Below are positions 1 to 12,300 of a stretch of 37,841 nt of DNA, in pieces; the first letter of the stretch is position 1; every line of letters starts with the position of its first letter. Both the position numbers and the translations under genes were made by a program. The notes beneath the pieces are model-generated. The model saw nothing but the letters and a program-made list of their open reading frames with translations. It did no database searches and was not told the origin of the DNA. Origin of the DNA: Catajapyx aquilonaris (Eukaryota); assembly GCA_000934665.2 (NCBI GenBank), contig JYFJ02003763.1, forward strand, positions 1 to 37,841, given 5' to 3'.

Positions 1-1589
1 ACAACGGTGTAAGTCCGAGGTCTGTGCGACCTCGGGAAGTGGGAGATCTTTTCCATCCTATATCCTCCTCGGCGTGGGGCTTTATATATATTAGATTTTT
101 AAAATTCTATAGGGAACAGCAGGCAGGTACTCTTGGGACAAAATTAGAGAACATTTTCATCAGTTTCGTCTAAGAATCGATTCCTTTTTCTGCAGCTAGG
201 GACAGCCGCATTCGTTAGGATTCAATAGCTGCACATTTGGAGTCATTTACGTGGCACAAGTTTATTAGAATTGAAACATACAATACTGTATGTGAGCAGT
301 TGCACTATAGCAACTACCAGATCATAATAGGCCTAGGCTGCACTAGTATAAAGCATAAACAAGCCACAAGCCATTTTAAAAATTCAACTCAGTTATTGCT
401 TGCAAGGACATTTTAAACTCTCCTAATTGACAGGTTAACCAAATAACTTAATTGTGGTACAATAATTTAACATTTCAATTGATAAAATTATGTATATCGT
501 CGCTGGCAATCCAATACCTCGGATCTCACACTTTGGCCGATTTTCAGTTTTCCATGGTTATGCAGTAGTAGTTCACGTAGTCCTTATGCAATCTAGCTCC
601 AATATGGCCGCCCCATGCTGCAGGATAGCAAGAGGATAGGGAATTGGCAAGCGATTCGTTTTTGTTTTTTTCAATTGTTTTTTTTTTCACTGCATGTAGC
701 TCCTATGTGAATTAGCTCCAATATGGCGGAGAGACAATACCCTGTCTAGGTGGGGGAGGCACTCATGTAGGTGACCCTGGTCAATACAAGCCCCATCTGT
801 TGGAAAAACCTCATATTCCCTAGGCATCCCAAAAAAATTACAAATACGGTAAATAAATAAATAAATAGGGATTTTCTGTTGTGTGCCAGTACTTTAAGAA
901 ATAGTTATTTCCTTCTCCTGTAAAGTTGGGTTCATCGTAGATACGAGGTATTGGATTGCCAGCGACGATATTGTACCAAGGCAGAATTGTTGTATTAAGT
1001 TATATAAGGTAGTAATTTTTATGACAATCGCATTGTTTTCAGGAACTCCAAAGTTTGGCAAAAAAAACATAATTACACGCAAGTTCACTGCAGTTCAAGA
1101 AGAGTCATAGCACCGTAACTGCACCCACTTTATGTGGCATCCAAGCAGTGTTCTGTGAACTCTCCAGCCGATACAGGAAGGCCGTGAAGTACTGGAAAAT
1201 AATCGACACCATGAAGAAATTGATGCCAAAGTGTGGAAGCGAACCTCTCAATTAAAATCATATCAAAAGGCTGGATTCAGCCAATTAAAAGAAAATTTGC
1301 ATTTCATTTCTGTTTGATCTTGTGCCATCCATACTCTTTATTTCTCTGCTCTTTCTGGCCACCTACAGAGCCAATAATTAGTTTTTTCGAAGCCTGGGCT
1401 TGTTATGGATTCGGTGGAGGAAACGATTTCTGCACCGATAAAAGATGGAAGTCCAATTCTTCAGGTTTCTTTTTGATTCGTCCGCCATGTCCGCTGAGTG
1501 GACCTCCCACCTCACCTTGCCCTCGACTACAAAATAAGCCCGAGTCCTTTTCACCTTTGCCTCTTTTCAAGTGGCAAAATGAAGCTTTC

Positions 1590-2470
1590 TGACCCTTCAC
1601 CGATTGTGGAACGGTTCCATTTACACAAGTGGGACCAAAAGGTGGGGGAAACTGTGGCACAATATGTTGCAGAACTCCGGAGGTTGTCGGCCAATTGCGA
1701 ATATGGTAGGGACCGATTTGTGTGGGGTCTGCGAGATCAGGCCATACAGGTGCGTTTGTTGAGAGAAGCCAACCTGACCTTTAACAAGGCCATGGACATT
1801 GCTACTGCAGCAGAGGCAGCTGGGATGAATGTAAGGCAGTTGGGCTCACAGTCCACAATGGAGTCTGCTGAGGTACTATATCGCTCAAAAAGATAGAGAC
1901 GATTGGCATTTGATTCAAGTGCAAGTTGCACTTGAGTCAAATGCAAGTTGCACTTGAGTCAAATGCAAAATCGTCTCTATCTTTTTGGGCGATATAGTAC
2001 ATCAGATAAGAGGAATATGCCAGATGTCCAGAAGCCAGGAGTCTGGTGTCATCGTTGCGGCTCCACCAACCACCAAGGCAACACAGGTTGGGCCAAGGAG
2101 GTGATCTGCAAATTATATGACAAAAAGGGTCACATAGCCAAGGTCTGCAAGTCCAAAAAAAAAAAAAAAATGCTGGTAAGGAGCCCATAAAGAAGGCGGC
2201 AGACTATGGAAAAGCGACAAGCAAGTCAGTCCAACTGTTGGAAGAGGCAGTTAATACTGTCACTATTTTCAATGTGTATGCTGTCATGGATTACTCGTAC
2301 TTCAAGAAGAGGTGGTCGAATCGGGAATATGAGCTACGACCACTGGATTTCCAATTACGGACGTGGTCATGGCATCAGTTAGAGGTTGCAGCCTGTTGGA
2401 AGGTGGAAGTTGTCTACAAAAGACAGCAACATCATTCAACTCCCATTTATAATGGTGGCAAAATCCGGTG
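1590..2470 (+). mobile_element. Degenerate Gypsy/Ty3-type (K02A2.6-like) gag-protease relic
   Basis: Gag core PSPIVERFHLHKWDQKVGETVAQYVAELRRLSANCEYGRDRFVWGLRDQAIQVRLLREANLTFNKAMDIATAAEAA; decayed zinc knuckles CHRCGSTNH...CKLYDKKGHIAKVC in another frame; protease-tail-like LRTW...VEVVYKRQ. Frameshifted and interrupted by a MITE. Confidence 0.8.
1873..2000. mobile_element. Palindromic MITE, copy 1 (inside gag relic)
   Basis: GTACTATATCGCTCAAAAAGATAGAGACGAT...ATCGTCTCTATCTTTTTGGGCGATATAGTAC foldback with an internal 22-nt tandem duplication; GTAC at both ends (TA or GTAC target duplication). Confidence 0.85.
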
Positions 2471-2883
2471 GACCATGCTTTATGGCGGCCGGGGGGAGGG
2501 GGTAAATCAGGAGATGATTTTATTACAGTACTTATGTGTCCAGAGTTTAGATATCGAGTCACCCTGTATTTTGACAAGTGTCAACTGCTACCTTTACGTA
2601 GCTGGGGTTCTTAGCTTGGGATGCTATAGGATGGGAAAATTTGTATGAGTGAGGTTTCCTTTCACTCTGAAATCATCGAACAATGCAAAGCTTTGGATTC
2701 GATAACAAATAGTCGTGGGAACGCTTTGATGAATACTATAGGCGATCACGCACTATTTGTGTTGAATGGGACGCCATATAAAGCTCATTATTATCAAGAC
2801 ATTATTTGCTATAAGAAATCCGGGAAAATCATATGCTACACTATAATATTAATAATGTCCCAACTAGTAGGACTACACATGCT

Positions 2884-2889
2884 TTTATT
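2884..2889 (-). promoter_or_regulatory. Candidate polyadenylation signal, gene A
   Basis: AATAAA on minus strand ~135 nt after the stop at 3025. Confidence 0.5.
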
Positions 2890-3024
2890 AGTGTCAGTCG
2901 AATTTACAGGACATGCACTTGCTGCTAACAAGCAAATGCAGTGCTCTTTTTACAATGACCATAACGCAATGACGGTTGTCGATGGGCCTGCAGGATCACA
3001 TTGCGAGTGAAGCTGTGTCGTAAT

Positions 3025-6000
3025 TTAACCTCGTCCACGACCTTTGGTAAGAAATTTTTTTAGTAACATGAAATATCTAGTGATGATGATGATGATAATA
3101 CATACCTTTTCCTCCGCCGCCTTTGCCTTTTCCTCCGCCTTTGCCTTTTCCTTTGACTTCTTCTTCTTCGTCTTCATTTTCTTCACTTTCTTCATATCCT
3201 GCACGCTCAGGGACTATACGCAACGGAAAGATCATAATTAGTTTTATGCACTGCACACTGTGTAGTCTCATTACACTCACATTTGTACGTTTGTGTCACC
3301 CTCTTCCAAGTCTTGATTTGAGAGGTACGATCGAAAATTAAGACGGCGCCGTTATAGAAGATGGCTTCCGCTCCAGCGATGGTCTTAAATTGGAACGAAT
3401 CACTCCACCTCCACCTCTGTCCTCCTACAATCCAATTCAGAAACACCAGTGAATTTGTCGGTAGTCAGCTTAATTGAAATTTGTTTCCGTTTTCTTACCT
3501 GCACATGTCCACATTGGGCAGCAAGATCCGAATGTTTCGCCCTCTTCGACGCACTTTCTCTTCTTCTTCAGAGCTGGGCCTCGTTTGCATGGGAATAGCT
3601 GGCATGGCGGAACTCCGACAAACACTTGTTTGGTTGCGGATGGTACTGCAGATATGAATAATAAGAACGACAGTTATTCATAATGCAGGCGTAAGGAATA
3701 GACATAGATTCTAACTGACCATGGCAATTGTACGCGGGGCAACATTTCGAGGGGCTCTTTGTCTTGGTGCATGAAATGCCTTTGGGTGGAAGGGCACAGC
3801 TGACGTCTCGGCATGATTGGGTTTCAAATGTGACGTCAAACTTGGCAACTGACTTGCTGGTCGAACTTTTGGTCTTGGAAGCTATAAAGTAATAAATTAT
3901 ATTAAAATCCGGGGCTAAAAAGTACCAATATGCAGGGATTTTTAAATAAATAGTGATACCCTTGCTGGCCGCTGCTTGTGCTTCTTCCCACGTTGTAATA
4001 GATGACTCAGAGTCGTATCTGTACGTAATACCAATATATAGGACGTTCCTGGCTTCACCCATGTAGAAAACGAACGCTTCCTTCTGTTCCCACTTTTTAG
4101 CTGCAAACAGAGTATGAATCAAATTCATTCACAGATATTCAATTGATATTGTACCACCAATTAGGTATGATAACCCTTACATTTGCATTTATATCGAGGG
4201 CAGCAAAGGTTTTCCACGACTTCAGTAGCGCAACTCCATTTCTCTGGTGGTGCCTTGCATTCGATAATTTTGCATGGTGAAACTCCAACAGCTACTGTGG
4301 TTGTCGATTTTAATGCTGTAAGAACACATAAAATGTAGGATGGCAAAGAAGCACAACTTGTACAAATTGCGTTGATTATGTGTGGCCGCCAAACCTACCT
4401 TGGCAATGTTGTTTACCGCAGCATGATGCAATTTTACCCTCATCTACTGACTTACACGACAGCACTACTGGTGGTTTCCCGCAGATTGGTCTCCTACAAA
4501 TCAGCTCTGTTTGACAAAAATTTAATGTCAGTAGAAATGCAATTCTTCATACAATAATATTTTCACATTCAACTTACTCGTTATTGCTCTGATAGCTACG
4601 CTCCATTCGGTTATAGTGGCAGTGACTTGGTAGAAGAACACACCACCTTGGTAATACACAGCCCATTGTTTTTTGAACATAAAGCTGAAAGTGACGACGT
4701 TGTGCTCCCATTCTTCACCTGTAATACTGGTGAGTGAAACACCGCTTTGATGGACAGCATAGTGTTGGTGGGAATGTGAGCAGCTTACCATCGCATGTGT
4801 ATGTAGGACAAACTGCCTCGGGCATTATCTCCTCTTTGCAGTCCATGTCACTCGGAGGGCTCTTGCATTGTATCAATTTCCTAGGCATAACGGCGACGGC
4901 AATCTTCGCCATGGATGATGGAACTATAGAAGTAATTTAAAAAGTTGTGCAACAGAATGCAGTAAACATTACTAATTTTTTCTATACATACCATCGCAAG
5001 TCCATCGTGGACAACATTCCAGTTCCTCTTTGGTGTCAGTGCAGTCTTCTAAGCCAGTTGGTGGATCAGGACAAGAAACATCGTCACATTTCGTCGCTGA
5101 AATAATGAATCATATATCATTGTCATTATTATGTGCTGGTAATATGCGTTAACGACTTATGGTGATTTTTATACAGAAACTCCTGTTTGCTGCAGGATTA
5201 TGTACTCACACATGGCCTGTTTAACTGCTGCAGACCAAGACTTAATGCGGGAACTCCTGCTGAACTTGAACGCAACGCTCATGTACAGAACGTATGACTC
5301 TCCTCCCATTTCAATCATGTTGCCCTCGCTTTCCGCCCAAGCTCCCGCTGAAATTTCAAACGTCATAAAACTTGAAGGAAAACGAGATTAGGATATTCCT
5401 ACCTGTACATTGCCATCTTGAGCAGCAAGCATCTTTTAGATTGACTTTTTCGCACTTGTATGCCTTTGGAGGCTCACTGCATTCGATAAGGTCGCATGGC
5501 TCGACACCAACCTCGACTACTGCGAGCGAAGCTGAGGCTGCTCGTAAGAAGATGAAAATGGTGATGCTTAATTGTCATCACATTCCTCAGATAAGTTTAA
5601 ATCCAACTTACATGTGCAGATCCATTGTTTGCAGCAAGTATTGCTTTCTACAGCTCTGCAGTTTAGGCCTTGTGGTTGCGATGAGCACACGCATTGTGTT
5701 TCTTTGTGCCAAAAGAGTTGTCCTTGGTAGGATATTACCTTTTTAGATTCTATGTAAAGGACCTCAGCGTCTTCGGTTTCCCATCCACCACCTGAGGAAA
5801 TTAAGTTGATTAAACTAGTAACCTATGGACTACATAACATTTTGGTTTTTCTGGTAATTACCAACACAACTAAATCCGTCACAGCATGCTCCTTTCTTTG
5901 TTGACTTGGTACAGCTCATTCCTGCAGGAGGCTGTTTGCATTTTACCATTGCACAAGGGTCATCTATGTCCATAATTCGTTTGTTCTTTGGTGCTGTAAA

Positions 6001-6290
6001 AATGATTGACAGGTAAAATGTTAAATTTACTGCTGCATATTTTTGTCATGTGTAGATCGGCTTTCCTACCTTTGCAATTCCAGGTATCACAACAATCATC
6101 CCCCGTCTTTGGTACTTGAGTACAATCCAGGTCTTTTGGCTTTTCTCCGCAAACGATTGCATCACATGGATCGTCCGGTAGCCAAAACATTTCCCCTCCG
6201 AATACCATGGCCTTCTTCTTTTCGACATAAATTAGTTCCGCATCTTCTGTTTCCCAGCCACCACCTGGGAATTACGCCACGAAAAAATGC

Positions 6291-6358
<68 letters not shown>

Positions 6359-9300
6359 CTATGCAGCTAAACTTCGCACAGCAGGCTCCCTTCTTTTGCG
6401 ACATTGTGCAACTCATTGACTTAGGAGGATCTTTGCACTTAATCATTCCACATGGGTTCGCAACTTCTTGAATTCGAATACTTCGAGAAGCTATAGATAT
6501 ACCAAAGCGAAAATTTTTGTAGAGAAAAATAACCGACAATAATGCAAAAGTCACTACATACCTTGGCAATCCCAGGATGCACAACATGCTTTAGGTAATT
6601 TAACTTCCGAGCACTTCATATTTTCGGGTTTTTTCGGGCAAACGACATTTTCACATTCATCTGTTTCCATCCAATATACTTGTCCTTCATACACCATGGC
6701 AGCCTTCTTTTCCACGTAAATTAATTCTGCATCTTCCTGTTCCCAGCCACCACCTAGTTGGATAAATTACTAGGTCATGTTTAGTGTCACTATAAAAATG
6801 TCACTGTTGATATTAGTAACTTATTTAAAAAGGACATTACTTAGACAGCTCCATTTGCTACAACAGGCGCCCTTCGCTGTAGACATGGTGCAACTCAATG
6901 ACTTTGGAGGTTGTTTGCACTTAACCATTGCACATGGGTTTTCAATTTCTTGCACTCGAATAGATCTTGATACTGTAAACAATATTTTTTTTAACCTACA
7001 GGAAAAGTACTAAAGCTGAAGATACCATACCAGAGCAATCCCATGCAGCGCAGCAGGCCTTTTCTACTTTAACTTCCTTGCATTCCATATTTTTGGGTGC
7101 TGCAGGGCATACAATGTTTTCACATTCATCTTGGGGTAGCCAGTACACTTCCCCTTCATACATCATGGCTTTCTTGCTTTCGATATATATAAGCTCTCCG
7201 TCTTCTTGCTCCCATCCTCCATCTAGTATAGTTATTGTAATAATTTATTTCATGTTTCTATTGACACGAAATCCTAATTTGACGAGAGGTGAGACATATT
7301 TACCCATGCAGCTCCATCGGTTGCAGCAGGCTCCTTCGGCGGCGGCAATGGAACAGCTGAGTTTAGATGGAGGCGCCTTGCATTTAACCATCGTACAAGG
7401 ATCGACGATTTCGATGACTTTAATCGCCAACGAAGCTTTAAAGAAAAATAGGAAATAAATTAAAAATTAATTGATGCACCTTGCACTTGTGTACTTGTCC
7501 GGATGAATAACGTTAAAGAGCGGCACCTAGACCTGATAGACAACTGTAGTGAAATGACATGCTTTCTTTGTGGCCACGACCTTACCGATACACCACATGG
7601 CCTCCACAATTGACAATAGATGCATATATAAGCATACCTTGACAATTCCACAAACTGCAACATTCGCCCTCTTTGGTTACTTCTGTGCAATCCATTCCAG
7701 AAGGTTGGGGATCACATGTAACTGATTCGCACTCGTCTATCTCTTCATCCATAACCATAACAATTTTGTCTTCAGTGACTACAGCCTTTTCACCTCGAAT
7801 GTACACGTATTCTCCTTCACTCTTGTAGTGCTCCCATTCTTGGTCTGCAACAATTCATTGCTAGAATATACCTTCCGCTTATAATAACATCAGGGATACT
7901 CACTGTCGCATCGCCATTGTGGACAGCATGATCCCGACACAACCTGTTTAGTGCATTTTTGTTCTTCTGGCGGATCGTGGCATTTCACTACCTCACATGG
8001 ATTTTTCACCTTGGCGATCTCGACCCTCTTGACCACTGAAGAATCATAATCATATAATTAGTACAACAATGTATGCCATTATCACAGCTTTGATCTCTTA
8101 CCAACACAGTCGTAGAAAGGACAGCACGATCCTTCAACTTGTGTTGTCGTGCACTCCAGTCCTTCCACATCAGGTGGTGGGGTACAGATGACACTGGCAC
8201 AAGGGTCCATTATCACAACCTCTTTCTTTTCTGTAAAGAAAAATGCTCTGTATATTGTGACTAGTAGAGAAAATAACCAACCGACCCTTGCACTTGAAGA
8301 TGGGACAACACTCTCCAGGTATTTTCTCTTCCATACATTCCACTTCAGAAGGTGGTTTCAAACACTGAACATTGTCGCAGTCGTTGACATCCAACTTCCA
8401 CTCAAAATCCGCCATAGCAACTGGAACATACCACATGAGTAACTTGAACCTAATCAATTATGAAACAAAAACTTACCATTGCATTTGTATTCAGGACAAC
8501 ACTTGCCCTCCTCTATGGTTGTGGAACATTCCGAGGACTTGTCAGGCGGGATATGCCAGCACTTGACAGACGCACAACGTTCTTCCGCTGTCGTGGTCGA
8601 CGATGACTGAATTCCTGGTGTACAAGGAACCTATGTTAGGCACACCTCTTTTCTCACTTGTAGATAATAACAGATACTAACGGGTACACTTGTAAAAGGG
8701 ACAACATTTTCCAGGTTCGACCAACTGAGTGCATTCATAATCATCTCTTTCTGGTGGTTTCAAGCAATCGACGAATTCACATTCATCGTCTTCGGTATCC
8801 TCTCCCAGCTTGTCTGCAACAATATCTCATGAATATTGAGAGAGTGATATTTGATGTTAACAATGCTCACCTTTGCACTTATAAACAGGGCAGCATTCAC
8901 CGGGAACAACTTCTTCTGAGCATACCATGGATTCGTCGTAGAGTGGTTTTTCGCAGACGACATTCGCACAACGCTCAGCCTCCAGTAGAGCCTCTGTAGT
9001 TTAGAACAATAATATTTGGTACATTGACAACCAAGGAAGGGAGTATAACAATACCTTCGCATTCGTATATAGGGCAGCATTTTCCTTCTTCGAAGACCTT
9101 CTCGCAGACAATATCTGGTGGGGGCGTCCAGCAATTGATGTCAATGCAACGACTACCCTTGACACTCCATTTTACTTCCTCCATGATCTCTGTTGAACAG
9201 TGACAGGTACCGATAATTTAGTTAAAAGTATTCTAACTTCATGACAGAGGACTACTAACCAACGCATTTGTAGATTGGACAACACTTGTCGGGTTCGTGA

Positions 9301-12300
9301 ATTTCTGTGCATTCCAGATCATCTTCCTCAGGTGGTTTCAAACACTGTACATCGGCGCATTCGTCGATTTCTAAATCCAACTTGTCTGGTACGGAGAAAA
9401 ATTATTTAATTATATAGGACAAGCATTGCACAACCGAACAACATACCTTGGCATGTAAATTGTGCGCAGCATTCCCCTTCTACAATGTCAAGTATTTCAC
9501 AAAGTAGATTATCGTCTGTCGGTGGTAGATCACACTCAACATATTCGCAAGGATCACGCTCTGATGGAAAGAAAAAAATGCATGCCGGAAGATCATATTT
9601 GGAGAGTTATCTTCATAATACTTACCACGACATTTATAAATTGTGCAGCACCTCCCTTGTTGTTCTATACACTCCAATTCGTCATGCCTTGCTGGAATGG
9701 TGCATGTTACATACTTGCAGTACTCTTCCTCTATCATTATTACTCCGGCTCTTACACAATCTACATAAATTGGACAACAGTTGTTGTCTTGTGGTTCGTG
9801 ATCACAGAATATTCCATCTGGTAGCGGCAAACACTGTCTCAGATCACATTTTTCTATAATCACATCCTCGATCACCTTGACCGCTATGAATGCAAAAATG
9901 AGCTTAGTATCAGTAAAACATTTTAAAAAAAAATGTTAATGTTATGCTAACCTCGGCAGTTCCAGTCGGGGCAACACTTTCCTTCAACACGTACTTCTTC
10001 ACACTCATCTCCTTCCGGTGCTGCTTTGCATCTCACATAATCACATGGACCAACTTCCACTTCCATTGTTTTGGCCTCTGTTGGTTTAGAAGTAATGAAA
10101 TTAGTGCAGGAATATTAAAGAGACGAAAAGCGATCAGTTACCATGACAAGTCCAAGTTGGACAGCAGTTATCTTCCAAGACTTCACTTTCGCAGTGGAGT
10201 TCTTCAGGTGGAGACAAGCACTCTTGCAGCATACATTGTGTGTGCTCCACATCGTACAGTTCAATAGCTGCGAATGTGTCAATAAAACATGAAATTTTTT
10301 TCTCTCTAGCCATAAACAATTGACTAATTACCTAGGCAGAAGTAGTCCCTGCAGCACCACTGTGGTAGCTTTTGTGACGTACACCTGAACTCCTCAGGTG
10401 GTTCATTACATATTGCTAAATCGCATGTTTCTACCGCAACATCTACCATGATTTCCTCTAAAAAAGCAATGCTCTTCGTTAGTGCTTACTAAACATTCAT
10501 TTGACTACCTCATTATTTTGTCACCTCGGCAGGTAAATGTTGGGCAACAGTCGTCGTCCACCGTTTCTTCCTCACAAATAAGATGACCTGGAGGAGGGCT
10601 GCATTTGGTATACTGGCACTCTTCCGCAAGCACAGCTTCCAATCTGAGATCTGAAAGTTATGCAGATGTATGACGAGGTCAAGTACAAGTATTTAAAAAG
10701 TTATTACGTTGGCAGGTGTATTTAGGGCAGCATCTGTCAGGTGCGATTTCCTTTGAGCAATCCTCGATGTTAGGTGGAGGTGTACATATAACATTAACGC
10801 ATTGGTCGTGATGGAATTCAAGAATTTCTCTCTCTGAAATGTGGGAAAATAGCATGATTTTTAGTTCAAAATATCATATGTGTCTAACTCTGCAGATTAA
10901 TTTTTTTGGGACAAAACATGGCAGTATATCTGAATAGAGATTCCCCTATACCTTCACAGTAAATATAAGGACAGCATTGGCCTTCAACGAATGTTGTTGT
11001 GCACTGAAGATGTTCTGGGGGAGCCTCACATTGGACGAGTGCACATTGATCAACTTCTATAGGTCGATACTCCGTTTCTGTAATAATAGATCACACACGT
11101 AAGGGATGCAGACATAACAAATTCTACAAACATACCTTCGCATGTCCACATTGGACAGCAGCAATTTGGAACAGGTGTTGGAACGCAATTCTTGTCCTTT
11201 GGAGGGTCAATGCATTGCACATATTTGCAGATTGGAGCCTGGACGTATATGATTACAGGTTCTGTAAATGACAAAAAAAGACGGAGTAAAAATCATGTAT
11301 GGTCATAAGAGTTATGCTTTTTTACCTTCACAAGTCCAGACTGGACAGCACTGGCCTTCAATATGTTCTTTTGTGCATCGTAGACGTTCTTCCGGAGGGA
11401 AGCAGACTATTCCATCACACTTGTCGATCTCTACAGGCTCCACTCTGAGTTCTGGAAATAATAATGTTGTCATTTTGTCACCATGTAACACCCTTTAGGC
11501 TACTTATGCTAACTTGTGCAATTCCATTTGGGACAGCACAATCCCTCGATGGTTATTTCCTTACAGTCTTGATCTTCAGGCGGAAACCCACATGTCGTAT
11601 CAATGCAAATATCTCGTACTATGTAATCAGTGAACTCCTCTGAAATAAGACATTAGTAATTATTTAGTATAAGAATAGTGCCTCCAAGATCTGGCACTTA
11701 CCTTGACAGGACCAGTCTGGACAGCAATAACCTTTGTCAATCTTTTTACAGATGTAATTCGGTGATGGGTTAAAGCATTCTTCCAATTCACACTTATCTA
11801 TTGCTACATCATTGATCTGCTTAACTGTAAAAAAAAATTAACGGATGAATATTTAGTGTGTGAAACACTTTAAATGGCTCGCGAATAGCTATATTGCCTA
11901 TCAGGTTACTTCAAATAGTTGAAATCTATTTGAATGTAACCCAATTTATGTTGATAGGCACTCTACAACGATTCTCGAGGTAGGTCCACTGACCCTGGCA
12001 TTCCCAAGCTGGACAACACGGGTCAGTACCATTCGTACTAGTACAGACGTATTCTGGGTTGGGCTCGTTGCATTCTACCATGTCACAGAGGCTAATAGGC
12101 ACATCTGTCGCTTTTTCCACTAAAAGGGGGGTTAAAATAATATATGAACAAGTGATTAAATGTAGAGATGTAAAATTAAGTAGATAATATGAAACGTACA
12201 ATGGCATACGAACTCCGGGCAGCATTGATCTTCAACGTCATCCCTCTCGCAGTTGTCTATGTTATCAGGCTCTTTACAACGGACCATGGAACACATTTCT

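Noticed and set aside
1..1500. TE-like fragments (repeated TAGCTCC-AATATGGC motif, short ORFs)
   Set aside because: No termini, target duplication or recognisable protein motif that I can support.
3077..3105. Apparent natural His-tag C-terminus (GMYYHHHHH-stop) in ORF 3077..3280
   Set aside because: Lies after a good donor (AAAG|GTATGT); it is an intronic (CAT)n run. The spliced GRGRG exon matches gene B's ending. Only possible by intron retention.
6043..6587. Poly-Ile ORFs on both strands
   Set aside because: Translation of the intronic (AAT)22 microsatellite.
8871..8993. Suspected frameshift in a gene A module
   Set aside because: Recounting the A5 run gives TGC GAA AAA CCA; the 123-nt exon is open.
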